Positions 41,380 to 54,830 of a stretch of 64,000 nt of DNA are shown piece after piece. The translations under genes and the position numbers were made by a program. Each line of letters opens with the position of its first letter. The stretch's first letter is position 1. Source of the DNA: Eledone cirrhosa (Eukaryota); contig OZ024747.1 in the NCBI GenBank assembly GCA_964016885.1, positions 3,596,001 to 3,660,000 of the forward strand. Reading direction: 5' to 3'. The notes beneath the pieces were generated by a model, which did no database searches, was not told the DNA's origin, and saw only the letters and a list, made by a program, of their open reading frames with translations.

Positions 41380-43243
41380 CATCCTGTACCATCCTGTACC
41401 TTCCTGTACCATCCTGTACCTTCCTGTATGACCCTGTACCATCCTGTACCTTCCTGTACCTTCCTGTACCATCCTGTACCTTCCTGTACCATCCTGTACC
41501 TTCCTGTACCATCCTGTACCTTCCTGTACCTTCCTGTATGACCCTGTACCATCCTGTACCTTCCTGTATCTTCATGTACCATCCTGTACCTTCCTGTACC
41601 ATCCTGTACATTCCTGTACCTTCCTGTACCTTCCTGTACCATCCTGTACCTTCCTGTACCTTCCTGTACCATCCTGTACCTTCCTGTACCATCCTGTACC
41701 TTCCTGTACCATCCTGTACCTTCCTGTACGACCCTGTACCATCCTGTACGACCCTGCACCATCCTGTCGCATCCTGTAAATTCATGTACCATCCTGTACC
41801 ATCCTGTACGACCCTGTACCTTCCTGTACCATCCTGTACCTTCTTGTACCATCCTGTACCTTCCTGTACATTCCTGTACCATCCTGTACCTTCCTGTACC
41901 ATCCTGTACCTTCCTGTACCATCCTGTACCTTCCTGTACGACCCTGTACCATCCTGTAAATTCCTGTACCACCCTGTACCTTCCTGTACCTTCCTGTACC
42001 ATCCTGTACCTTCCTGTATGACCCTGTACCTTCGTGTACCTTCCTGTATGACCCTGTACCTTCCTGTACCATCCTGTACCTTCCTGCACCTTCCTGTATG
42101 ACCCTGTACCTTCCTGTACCATCCTGTACCTTCCTGTATGACCCTGTACCTTCCTGTACCATCCTGTACCTTCTTGTACCTTCCTGTACGACCCTGTACC
42201 ATCCTGTACCTTCCTGTACCATCCTGTACCTTCCTGTACGACCCTGTACCTTCCTGTACCATCCTGTACCTTCCTGTATGACCCTGTACCTTCCTGTACC
42301 TTCCTGTACGACCCTGTACCTTCCTGTACCATCCTGTACCTCCCTGTAAGACCCTGTACCTTCCTGTACCTTCCTGTATGACCCTGTACCATCCTGTACC
42401 TTCCTGTACGAGCCTGTACCTTCCTGTACCTTCCTATACCTTCCTGTACGACCCTGTACCTTCCTGTACCTTCCTGTACGACCCTGTACCTTCCTGTACC
42501 ATCCTGTACCTTCCTGTATGACCCTGTACCATCCTGTACCTTCCTGTATGACCCTGTACCTTCCTGTACCATCCTCTACCTTCCTGTACCTTCCTGTACG
42601 ACCATGTACCTTCCTGTACCATCCTGTACGACCCTGTACCTTCCTGTACCTTCCTCTATGACCCTGTACCTTCCTGTACCATCCTCTACCTTCCTGTACG
42701 ACCATGTACCTTCCTGTACCTCCCTGTACCATCCTGTACCTTCCTGTACCATCCTGTACCTTCCTGTACCATCCTGTACGACCCTGTACCTTCCTGTACC
42801 ATCCTGTACCACCCTGTACCTTCCTGTACCATCCTGTACCTTCCTGTACCATCCTTACCATCCTGTACGACCCTGTACCTTCCTGTACCTTCCTGTACCA
42901 TCATGTACCTTCCTGTACCATCCTGTACCTTCCTGTACGACCCTGTACCTTCCTGTACCTTCCTGTACCATCCTGTACCTTCCTGTACCATCCTGTACCT
43001 TCCTGTACGACCCTGTACCTTCCTGTACCATCCTGTACCATCCTGTACGACCTTATACCTTCCTGTACCATCCTGTACCATACTGTACCATCCTGTACCA
43101 TCCTGTACCTTCCTGTACCATCCTGTACCTTCCTGTACCTTCCTGTACCATCCTGTACCATCCTGTATGACCCTGTACCATCCTGTACCATCCTGTACGA
43201 CCCTGTACCTTCCTGTACCTTCCTCTATGAACCTGTACCATCC
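41380..43243. repeat. 10-bp minisatellite CCTGTA+(CCAT/CCTT/TGAC/CGAC)
   Basis: About 185 units in register, with one 1-bp phase shift near 42855. Confidence 0.97.
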
Positions 43244-43411
43244 TTTTTGTGCTCTAAATGTAGCTAATAAAGAAACCATTATTATTGGAAGTATCAGTAG
43301 AGCATTGGATGGTAGAGCGTTGAATTCAGAACAGAAAGGGATGTAACTACATGCCACAAATCATGTCTGATACTCTAACAATTCTACCAATTCATCACCC
43401 TCTTGTTTTCT

Positions 43412-44008
43412 AATAATTGTTTCTACTTTTGGCACAAGGCCAGCAATTATCCCAGTACATTACTAGTACTTTATTTTATCGATCCCGTAAGGATGAAAGG
43501 CAAAGTTAACCTCGGCAAGATTTGAGCTCAGAACGTAAAGAGCCATAACTCTATGCTCGATGCTCTTCCGATTCTACCAAATAATAATAACAATAATAAA
43601 GCAGTATTACTGTTATTATAGATTGAATTGGCAGTATTGGTAGAGGGTCGGACGCCATGCTTTCTAGCATAGTTACGGCCCTTTACAGTCTGAGTTCAAA
43701 TCCCGTCGAGGTTAACTTTACCTGTCATCCTTACGGGATAAAATACAGTACCAGTAATACACTGGGGTATTTGCTGGCCTTGTGCCAAAAGTAGAAACAA
43801 TTATTATTATAAATTAAATAATTGTTTCTACTTTGGGCACAAGGCCAGCAATTATCCCAGTGTATTACTGGTACTTTATTTTATCGACACCGTAAGGATG
43901 AAAGGCAAAGTTAACCTCGACGGGATTTGAACTCAGACTTTAAAGGGTCGTAACTATGCTGGAAAGATGGCGTCCGACCTTCTACCGATACTGCCAATTC
44001 ACCGCCCT
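43412..44008. mobile_element. Cluster of three SINE A copies in alternating orientation: 43412-43580 (-), 43621-43806 (+), 43818-44008 (-)
   Basis: Each matches the 8605 copy. They are separated by short (ATT/AAT)n linkers. Confidence 0.9.
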
Positions 44009-44334
44009 ATAAAAGATTAAATAATGAAGTGAAAATAATATAAATATGAAGAGGGGGAAAGGCTTATTTATTGATGTGACTTATATGCAAATATATAAAA
44101 TATATAGTTTACTTTAGATATCACGGCTGATAAGGCAGGCCCAGCTGGAGCACTGCCTTCAGGATGAATGAAGGTAAATAGTGTGAGGAATTCCGTTTAA
44201 ACAGTCGACCATTTATTTCTGCTATTCTACATTAAATATTAAAACTTCAATTATCACAAACTTTTCATTGTGTACACACCTATATATACACACTTACACA
44301 CACACATGCATACATGTGTGTGTTTGCATATGTA

Positions 44335-44387
<53 letters not shown>

Positions 44388-44523
44388 CGAAGGAAATGTG
44401 GTAAGGAACCAGGTGGTCCATAATGCACCAAAGTACTCAATACTTAGGGTAGTAGAGTAGGTAATAGGAACGAGTAGGACCCCGACGGCTGAGCTCAAGC
44501 CGTTTCGACGGCTAATTCTGGAC

Positions 44524-44556
<33 letters not shown>

Positions 44557-44747
44557 ATGTCAATTATATATATATATATAATGTATATTATATATATATA
44601 TCTATATATAATGTCTATCATATATATCTATATATATGTATATATATATATTGTGAGAGAGAGAGAGAGAGAGAGAGAATTTACATTATATATATATTAT
44701 ATATATACTCCACTACATAGACATATACACGCACACATATATATATC

Positions 44748-44778
<31 letters not shown>

Positions 44779-44810
44779 ATATATATATACATGCACACAT
44801 AATTAAAAAT

Positions 44811-44846
<36 letters not shown>

Positions 44847-45212
44847 TACAGCCATGTATATATATGATAGAATTATATAGCATTATCTGAGAACAATAAA
44901 TATTAAATTAAGGAATATTTTGTTTCACAGATTATCAACATTTGTTTTATATTTGTTGCAAATAAACACACTGTACACTCTTTATATACATCGTATACAC
45001 TCTGTATACACTGTCAATAGAGGTAGCTTCTTCAAAGTCATATACATACATTCTTCATATATACACTCTTCATATATATACACTCTTCATATACTCATAT
45101 ATAAATAAATATATATATATAGTTTATATATATCGTATATATACATATATATATATATACAAATATATGTCATATGTACATACACTCTTCATATATATAT
45201 GTATGTACACTC

Positions 45213-45262
<50 letters not shown>

Positions 45263-45398
45263 AAAATTAAACAAGGTTCAATGAATAAATGAAAGAATGA
45301 GTTTTACAATAGATTGGAAGCACTCAACAGTTTGGTTTTCAAGAGTTATTAATATTAATTCAAAATATTAACAAAATAGATATTCTGGTGATCAAGTA

Positions 45399-45465
45399 TA
45401 TTTCATTATACATATTTCAGAGGTACTGAGCTAACTTCAACAGTACGTCCTCATCAGATAAAATA
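45399..45465 (-). ncRNA. Type I hammerhead ribozyme, intact core (left arm)
   Basis: TATTTTAT-CTGATGA-ggacGTACTG..CAGTACctct-GAAA-TATGTA-TA^ATGAAATA, with one G-U pair in stem I. Confidence 0.8.
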
Positions 45466-45537
45466 AGATGACATGCCCTGACATAGTAGATGGTTAAGAT
45501 TCAGTCATGGGACTGAATCTTATGTCATACATCATCT

Positions 45538-45604
45538 TATTTTATCTGATGAGGACGTACTGTTGAAGTTAGCTCAGTACCTCTGAAATATGTATAATAA
45601 AATA
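45538..45604 (+). ncRNA. Type I hammerhead ribozyme, intact core (right arm)
   Basis: TATTTTAT-CTGATGA-ggacGTACTGttgaagttagctCAGTACctct-GAAA-TATGTA-TA^ATAAAATA. Perfect 8-bp stem I; predicted cleavage after 45596. Confidence 0.82.
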
Positions 45605-45649
45605 TACTTGATCACAAGAATATCTATTTTGTTAATATTTTGAATTAAA

Positions 45650-46098
45650 ATATATATATATATATATATATATGTACACTCTTCATATATATATATATAT
45701 GTATGTACACACTTCATATATATATATATATATGTACACACATCATATATATATATATATGTACACTCTTCATATATATATATATATATATGTATGTACA
45801 CACTTCATATATATATATATATGTACACACATCATATATATATATATATATATGTACACTCTTTATATATATATATATATATATGTATGTACACACATCA
45901 TTATATATATATATATGTACACACATCATATATATATATATATGTACACTCTTTATGTATATATATATATATGTATGTACACACATCATTATATATATAT
46001 ATGTGTACACACTTCATATATATATATATATGTACACTCTTCATATATATATATGTATGTACACACTTCATATATATATATATATATGTATGTACACA

Positions 46099-46137
<39 letters not shown>

Positions 46138-46450
46138 CTTCATATATATATATATATGTACACTCTTCATATATATATATATATGTACACATTTCATATA
46201 CATATATATGTATGTACACACTTCATATATATATATATGTACACACTTCATATATATATATATGTACACACTTCATATATATATATATGTACACACTTCA
46301 TATATATATATATATATGTACACACTTCATATATATATATATGTACACATTTCATATACATATATATGTATGTACACACTTCATATATATATATATATAT
46401 ATGTACACACATCATATATATATATATGTACACTCTACATATATATATAT
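45650..46450. repeat. (TA)n-based minisatellite with GTACACACTTCA spacer
   Basis: Direct reading. Confidence 0.9.
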
Positions 46451-46858
46451 CATCAATACCGGCAGTTGCATTGATCACACATTGATCACACATTGATCAC
46501 ACATTGATCACCTCCTCACAGCTTCAGCTCACCCAACCAAAATTGTGGAATTATTTTGAGCAAGTGTACTTCAAATGGTCTTTCTAAATATTAGCCAAGT
46601 CCTGATAAGGAGGAGGGGGAGGGGGAGAAAGAGAAGGAGGATGGGGAGGAGTGGGAGGAAGAGAAGGAGGAGGGGAGGAGTGGGAGGAAGAGAAGGAGGA
46701 TGGGGAGGAGTGGGAGGGAGAGAAGGAGGAGGGGATATATATATCATGAATAATATTATGAAAACAATGAAACTTTAGTTTATAAAACTTATAGAATCTA
46801 TAGAAATGTTTTCAATTACTCTTGTGTATGTATGCGTGAGTCCACATGTCTATATGTA

Positions 46859-46910
<52 letters not shown>

Positions 46911-47067
46911 TATGTATGTATATATATGTATATATATGTATATATATATATATAGTAAGTATGTATATATGTATATATATATATATATATATACATACAT
47001 ATATATATATATATATATGTATGTACAATATTAAATAAATGGAAAACTATATTTATAAAACCATATC

Positions 47068-47133
47068 TATTTCATTATATATATTTCGGGGATATCATAT
47101 TAACAATATGCTATGCCTTCATCAGACAAAATA
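47068..47133 (-). ncRNA. Type I hammerhead ribozyme, intact core
   Basis: TATTTTGT-CTGATGA-aGGcATAgCATATTgttAATATGaTATcCCc-GAAA-TATATA-TA^ATGAAATA. Confidence 0.75.
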
Positions 47134-47219
47134 CAATATAAACAGTTTTATAGATAAATATATTCGACATACCGTAATAAACATCAACTTCATTTGAAGA
47201 GGTTCACTCTAGCAGTCAT

Positions 47220-47229
47220 ATGTATGTAT

Positions 47230-47260
<31 letters not shown>

Positions 47261-47319
47261 CATATATATATATGTATATATATATATGTATATATATGTA
47301 TATGTATGTATATATATAC

Positions 47320-47354
<35 letters not shown>

Positions 47355-47364
47355 TGTATATGTA

Positions 47365-47448
<84 letters not shown>

Positions 47449-47729
47449 TATACATATATATATGTATATATATAATATATAATATATATATATATATGTA
47501 TATATATAATATATAATATATATATATATATAATATATATATATAATATATAATATATATGTATATATATACACATATATATATATATGTATATATACAT
47601 ATATGTATATGTATGTATGTATATATATATATATGTCTAAGTGTCTGTATGTATGTGCATGTACTTAAGCATATGTGTACTTAGGTGTATGCATGTGACT
47701 TGTATGAATATTTATTCACTATGTATCTA

Positions 47730-47767
<38 letters not shown>

Positions 47768-47996
47768 GGGAGAGAGAGAGAGAGAGAGAGAGAGATATGT
47801 ATATTGATCATTTATGCAGCTATATGTGTATATACACATCTATATATGTAGGCTGGGGTATATATGTGTTCACATACTTATACACAGAACAATAAGAAAA
47901 GGTGTAACATTTCTCCATTAAATTTACTTGTAGGATATCCTGGGGTTTTATTTCTTTGGGGATCTGTAAACAGCTTAACATTGGTGGAAGCAGATA

Positions 47997-48054
<58 letters not shown>

Positions 48055-48404
48055 GTGTGTGTGTGTATATATATATATGTGTGTGTGTATATATATATAT
48101 ATGTGTGTGTGTATATATATATATATATATGTGTGTGTGTATATATATATGTGTGTGTGTGTATATATATGTGTGTGTGTGTGTATATATATGTGTGTGT
48201 GTGTATATATATATGTGTGTGTGTGTATATATATATGTGTGTGTGTGTGTGTATATATATATGTGTGTGTGTGTGTATATAATATGTGTGTGTGTATATA
48301 TATATATATATGTGTGTGTGTATATATATATGTGTGTGTGTGTATATATATATGTGTGTGTATGTGTATATATATGTGTGTGTGTATATATATGTGTGTG
48401 TGTG

Positions 48405-48435
<31 letters not shown>

Positions 48436-48666
48436 ATATATATGTGTGTGTGTGTGTATATATATATGTGTGTGTGTGTGTATATATATATATATGTGTG
48501 TGTGTGTATATATGTGTGTGTATATATATATGTATGTATATATGTATGTGTGTATTTATGTGACAAGTAACCATGTATATGGTTGTGTCAAATACATATA
48601 AACAGGTATATTTATATTTAAACACATATACACACACACACACATATATATATATATATGCCTCTA

Positions 48667-48726
<60 letters not shown>

Positions 48727-48751
48727 CATATATATACATATATATATATAC

Positions 48752-48832
<81 letters not shown>

Positions 48833-49125
48833 CACACACATATATATATATACATACATATACCATACACGGCAGTGCAAATACATACTTTCAGTTACAA
48901 ACACACACGTAGATAGACATACACAGTCATACACAGTCACATACACACACACAGTCACACCCACATACACACACACACATAGATAGACATACACAGTCAC
49001 ACACAGTCACACCCACTTACACACACACATAGATAGACATACACAGTCATACACAGTCACATACACACACACACACACAGATAGACAGACACACTCACAC
49101 ACACAGTCACAGTCACACACACACT
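47220..49125. repeat. Field of (TA)n, (CA)n, (TG)n(TA)n and CAGTCA-type microsatellites
   Basis: Direct reading. Confidence 0.95.
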
Positions 49126-49239
49126 GAAACATTCAAAGAGTTCCATTTGGTAGAATCACACATTTCTTCTATAGTCAATCCTACACACACACATAGACTG
49201 ATAAACACACACACACACACACACACTGAATATAGAGAC

Positions 49240-51122
49240 TCCACCACCACCAGTGGCACCACCATCACCACCACTACACCAGCACCATACTATCACCACC
49301 ACCTCTTCACCATCACCACCACCACCACTACACCATCACCACCACCACTACACCATCACCACCACCATCACCACCATCACCACACCACTACACCATCACC
49401 ACCACCTTCACCATCACCACCACCATCACCACCATCACCACTACCACTACACCATCACCACCACCACTACACCATCACCACCACCACTACACCATCACCA
49501 CCACCATCACTACACCATCACCACCACCACCACTACACCATCACCACCACCACTACACCATCACCACCACCACTACACCAGCACCACCACCACTACACCA
49601 TCACCACCACCACTACACCATCACCACCACCACTACACCATCACCACCACCACTACACCAGCACCACCACCACTACACCATCACCACCACCACTACACCA
49701 GCACCACCACCACTACACCATCACCACCACCACTACACCATCACCACCACCACTACACCATCACCACCACCACTACACCATCACCACCACCACTACACCA
49801 TCACCACCACTGCACCATCATCACCACCACTACACCATCACCACCACTACACCATACCATCACCACCACCACCACCGCTACACCATCACCACCACCACCA
49901 CCACTACACCTTCACCACCACCACTACACCATCACCACTACACCATCACCACCACCACTACACCAGCACCACCACCACTACACCAGCACCACCACCACTA
50001 CACCATTACCACCACCACTACACCATCACCACTACACCATCACTACTACACCACCACCACTACACCATCACCACCACCACCACTACACCAGCACCATACC
50101 ATCACCACCACCACTACACCACCACTACACCAGCACCATACTATCACCACCACCTCTTCACCATCACCACCACCACCACTACACCATCACCACCACCACT
50201 ACACCATCACCACCACCATCACCACCATCACCACACCACTACACCATCACCACCACCTTCACCATCACCACCACCATCACCACCATCACCACTACCACTA
50301 CACCATCACCACCACCACTACACCATCACCACCACCACTACACCATCACCACCACCATCACCACCATCACCACACCACTACACCATCACCACCACCTTCA
50401 CCATCACCACCACCATCACCACCATCACCACCACCACTACACCATCACCACCACCACTACACCATCACCACCACCATCACTACACCATCACCACCACCAC
50501 CACTACACCATCACCACCACCACTACACCATCACCACCACCACTACACCAGCACCACCACCACTACACCATCACCACCACCACTACACCATCACCACCAC
50601 CACTACACCATCACCACCACCACTACACCATCACCACCACCACTACACCATCACCACCACTGCACCATCATCACCACCACTACACCATCACCACCACTAC
50701 ACCATACCATCACCACCACCACCACCGCTACACCATCACCACCACCACCACCACTACACCTTCACCACCACCACTACACCATCACCACTACACCATCACC
50801 ACCACCACTACACCAGCACCACCACCACTACACCAGCACCACCACCACTACACCATTACCACCACCACTACACCATCACCACTACACCATCACTACTACA
50901 CCACCACCACTACACCATCACCACCACCACCACTACACCAGCACCATACCATCACCACCACCACTACACCACCACTACACCAGCACCATACCAACACCAC
51001 CACCACTACACCAACACCATACCAACACCATCACCACCATACCAACACCAGCACCGCCACCATCAGTAGCAAGCAATTACCAGCACCACCAGCCCCACCA
51101 CCACCACCACCACCACTACAAC
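49240..51122. repeat. CAC-based degenerate satellite (CACTACACCATCACCACCAC) with an approximately 850-bp higher-order duplication
   Basis: Rare variants such as CACTGCACC (49808 and 50658) and CACCGCTAC recur 850 bp apart. Confidence 0.92.
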
Positions 51123-51443
51123 ACACATTATACAACAGCAGCAGTCACTATAGATAGAGTCAGTGTCAGCTATACAAATCTACAGCAGGATACACACCTC
51201 GGCTAGCTATGCTCTGGATAACATATACAAGCATTGGTGAGTGAGTTTAAAGTAAATGTTTTCTCCTCTGTTTTTCTTTAACTTTAAATTCTTTAAAGTT
51301 AAGTTTGCAGCATAATCTTTCTCCACTTTTACAACTCTTATTATCAGGAGTTCTTTTTAGACATTCTTTTATTTTGATTCCTGATCTTTTTAAATCTCTT
51401 CTTCCACCAAACACCAAAATAATTTCATCTCTATAGTTTTATT

Positions 51444-51479
<36 letters not shown>

Positions 51480-51560
51480 TATATTGTTATACTTGGGGAG
51501 GGTCATATTTGTGTAATATTGCCAGAATTAATAACAGAACACACTCACTGTTTGGTTGGT

Positions 51561-51639
<79 letters not shown>

Positions 51640-51730
51640 TAAATATTTACTCTACGGTTCTTATATATTTGATATATATTTATCCTTATCGAGCCCTCTT
51701 TGGATTTTAGTCTTCAAATTTTATTATTAT

Positions 51731-51765
<35 letters not shown>

Positions 51766-51936
51766 GGTTTATATACATATACATATATGTACATATACAT
51801 ATATATATCTATAGCTACACACATACATGTACATATATATATATATATACACAGTTTAACTTATACCAAAGTCTCCAAATGAAAGCGGAATCGTATATTA
51901 ATGACATATATACGATTATTTTCTTTTTTCTGTTTG

Positions 51937-51984
<48 letters not shown>

Positions 51985-52790
51985 AGGCAGCTATATATAT
52001 ACATAGCTATATATATATATGTATATCAGTTTTTCTATCTCTGTGTATTCAACTGGTTGCGCTGTGTTTCACAGTTTTAAGCAGCATGCTTTGATTAAAA
52101 AAAGGTTCTTGGTGAGTTTGTTACGGGAATTTTTGAAGTTTTCATCATATCTTTAATATGACAGACATATGTATGTGTGTGTAGGTATGTGTGTGTAGGT
52201 ATGTGTGTGTAGGTATGAGTGTATGTATGTGTGTGTAGGTATGAGTGTGTAGGTATGAGTGTATGTATGTATGCTAGCATGAAAGATGGACATTAAACGA
52301 TGATGATGATGATATGTGCATGTATGTATGTATGTCTGCATCTGTATGTATGTATGTATGTATGTATCTATGTGTATGTATGTGTGTGGGGGGATGTATG
52401 TGTGAAGATTTATAAAGACACCCACACACACTCATACACATGCACACCGACATACACACACAAACATATGTATGTGTGTGTATGGTGTGTATGTGTATGC
52501 AGTCTTATACATGGGTATATGAAGATTTGTAAAGACACTCACCCACACTCACACATACATACAAATACATACACTCACACATACATGCCCAAGTACACAG
52601 ACATACACTCTCACATATGTACAAGCATGTACACCTATGATTTTCTAAATAACTAAGAATTTGGCAAGATTTAAACAATATAACTAACTTACTCATTATT
52701 AAGTTGCTGCCTGGAACATAACTTAAGGGAGGATCTTATGTAAAATTAAGATGGAAAATATTTTTAGATAAATATAAAGATTTTAACCAG

Positions 52791-52914
52791 CATCATACCA
52801 TGGAAGTTTTTAAAGAACATCATACCATGGAAGTTTTTAATGAACATCATACCATGGAAGTTTTTAATGAACATCATACCATGGAAGTTTTTAATCAACA
52901 TCATACCATGGAAG
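52791..52914. repeat. 27-bp tandem repeat, about 4.6 copies
   Basis: Unit CATCATACCATGGAAGTTTTTAATGAA. Confidence 0.95.
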
Positions 52915-52979
52915 CAGGGTAGTTTCAGGTGATTTGTTATATGATGTGTATATTTAGTTTGTATTATATGGAGCTATAG

Positions 52980-53197
52980 ATTGGTGGATTGGCAAAATTG
53001 GTAGAGCGTCCAACACCATGCTTGGTGGCATTGAGTTATGTTCCTTTACATTCTTAGTTTAAATCCCATCGAGGTTACCTTTGGCTTTCATTCTAACAGG
53101 GGTCGATAAGATAAATACCAGTAACGCACTGGGGTTGATTTAATTGAATTTCCCCGGCTGAAAATTGTTAGCCTTGTGTCTAAATCATAAACTATTA
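52980..53197 (+). mobile_element. Older SINE A-related copy
   Basis: TTGGCTTTCATTCTAACAGGGGTCGATAAGATAAATACCAG domain, with a longer 3' part than the young copies. Confidence 0.75.
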
Positions 53198-53217
53198 TAC
53201 AGATGTTTAGCAACCAT

Positions 53218-53420
53218 TGTGGGTGAGAAGGGCTGGTCTTTTACCTGTGGAGCCCTAATGGGTGAGAAGGGCTGGTCTTTCACCTGTGGAGGCCCTAATG
53301 GATGAGAAGGGCTGGTCTTTCACCTGTGGAGGCCCTAATGGGTGAGAAGGGCTGGTCTTTCACGAGTGTAAGCTCTAATGGGAGAGGCAGGGCTGGTGTT
53401 TCATCTGTGGAGGCCCTAAA
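53218..53420. repeat. About 40-bp tandem repeat, 5 copies
   Basis: Unit GGGTGAGAAGGGCTGGTCTTTCACCTGTGGAGGCCCTAAT. Confidence 0.92.
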
Positions 53421-53919
53421 CCATATAAAATGTAAGGCTATAATTTTTGATGATTTAGTGTTAAAGAATAAAATAGAAATATATTTTTCAAAAACAGGTC
53501 CCCAAGGGTGAGTGGCCCTAAGTTATAGCTTATATCTGACTCCATAACTGGGATGAGGGATGTCTGTGGTACCCAAGCAGAGGTAAGGAAGAGGGGCAAA
53601 ACTTCATCAAGCCTTAATTAAGGTAGAAGCAACAGAAAATATTTTATTTAAAGTTTCATTTGTCTATCTCATTTCTTCAATGAATTTTCATTTTCACATA
53701 CTCACACCCGCATATACTGACACTCACACACATACTCACACATGTGTTCACACACTCACACATACATATATGCACACATGCACTCCAAGATATATATATA
53801 TATGTCTGTGTTTATGTATGTATGTATATTTTCATGCATGAATTTATAAACTAGTACAAATCCTGACATGCGTACGTACACACACTCACACACATAACAT
53901 TATAGATATATATATATGT

Positions 53920-53950
<31 letters not shown>

Positions 53951-54239
53951 CAAACACACACACATATATATATACAGATGTGAGAAAAACCACAGACCAT
54001 CCATCTCAATTCTACTTTTGGAAAGCACAAGAACTGCGAAACCAGTAAAGGAACCAAATAAATATTACTCTTTTACCTGTTTCAGCTGAGGCCATGCTGG
54101 GATATATATTTTTTAAAATAAGACTCCAGTTGCATTTTCGATTTCATCTTTTTTTCTTTATACTGTCACTCGTGTAGGACACCTCGGTTATTTTTCATTT
54201 TGTAAAAAAACCCACACTTTCTAATATATATATATATAT

Positions 54240-54830
54240 TTATTAAAATAACAGATTAAAGTTTAAGCAAAGAATCGCTGCTTTCACCCTTAACGGGATC
54301 TTCTGAAACTAACAAAGTCAATCTGTAAACGCAGAAGTGGATATTCCAAAAAACGTTGCAACCGGAGGAAGACAGGAAGACGATACTTTGGTTCGTGGAA
54401 ACGTTCGCTGGCAAAGAACGGGAAAAAACGAATATAATACGTCATTAATAGGAGCGGTGAAAAACAATTTCACGCAAAGACAGAACCACGTTTATGGTAT
54501 AAAAGAAGTCGTAGACTAATGTTCTCTTAGGTGGTTCATAGAGACGTTCTCTGGCAATGAAACGAAGATAATACGTCATATGTGGAGCGTGGAGAACAAT
54601 TGCATGCAAAGACAAAACCACGTAAATGGTATAGTTGAAGTCGTAGACTAAATTCTAACTAGGAGACCGAATGAATCTCCGCTTCAGAGTTAAGAACAAA
54701 GTAAATAAATACAATACAGAAGTAATAGAAATAAATAAATACATACACGCAAACAAATACGTACATACACAAGCATACGCAAAACACTTACCATAGGTAT
54801 ACAAAACCACGCACATATAAAAATGTATAT
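54240..54830 (-). mobile_element. CpG-rich TA-flanked unclassified element with an internal duplication of about 140 bp
   Basis: The left end is homologous to the 61229 palindrome arm. GGTTC..AACGTTC.CTGGCAA...GAAGTCGTAGACTAA occurs at about 54390-54519 and 54534-54651. Confidence 0.55.

Larger units (their letters stand above)
45355..45648. repeat. Palindrome with about 115-bp arms, each holding a hammerhead, plus an inner 12-bp hairpin at 45495-45522
   Basis: The arms are near-perfect reverse complements. Inner hairpin TAAGATTCAGTC-ATGG-GACTGAATCTTA. Confidence 0.95.

Noticed and set aside
41333-43357. VQEGTGRYRK repeat proteins
   Set aside because: A 10-bp unit gives the same peptide in every frame and ORFs on both strands, which marks a minisatellite artefact.
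44124-44165. CTGATAA plus GGCAG/CTGCC stem as hammerhead
   Set aside because: No GAAA box or cleavage triplet follows; more likely a repeat remnant.
46525-46602. Minus-strand exon with strong polypyrimidine tract and GTGAG donor
   Set aside because: Stops occur in all three frames and the pyrimidine tract is just a GGA/GAA simple repeat. At most a non-coding exon.
52791-53420. CRISPR-like short direct repeats
   Set aside because: The repeats are head-to-tail with no unique spacers, the context is eukaryotic and there are no cas genes.
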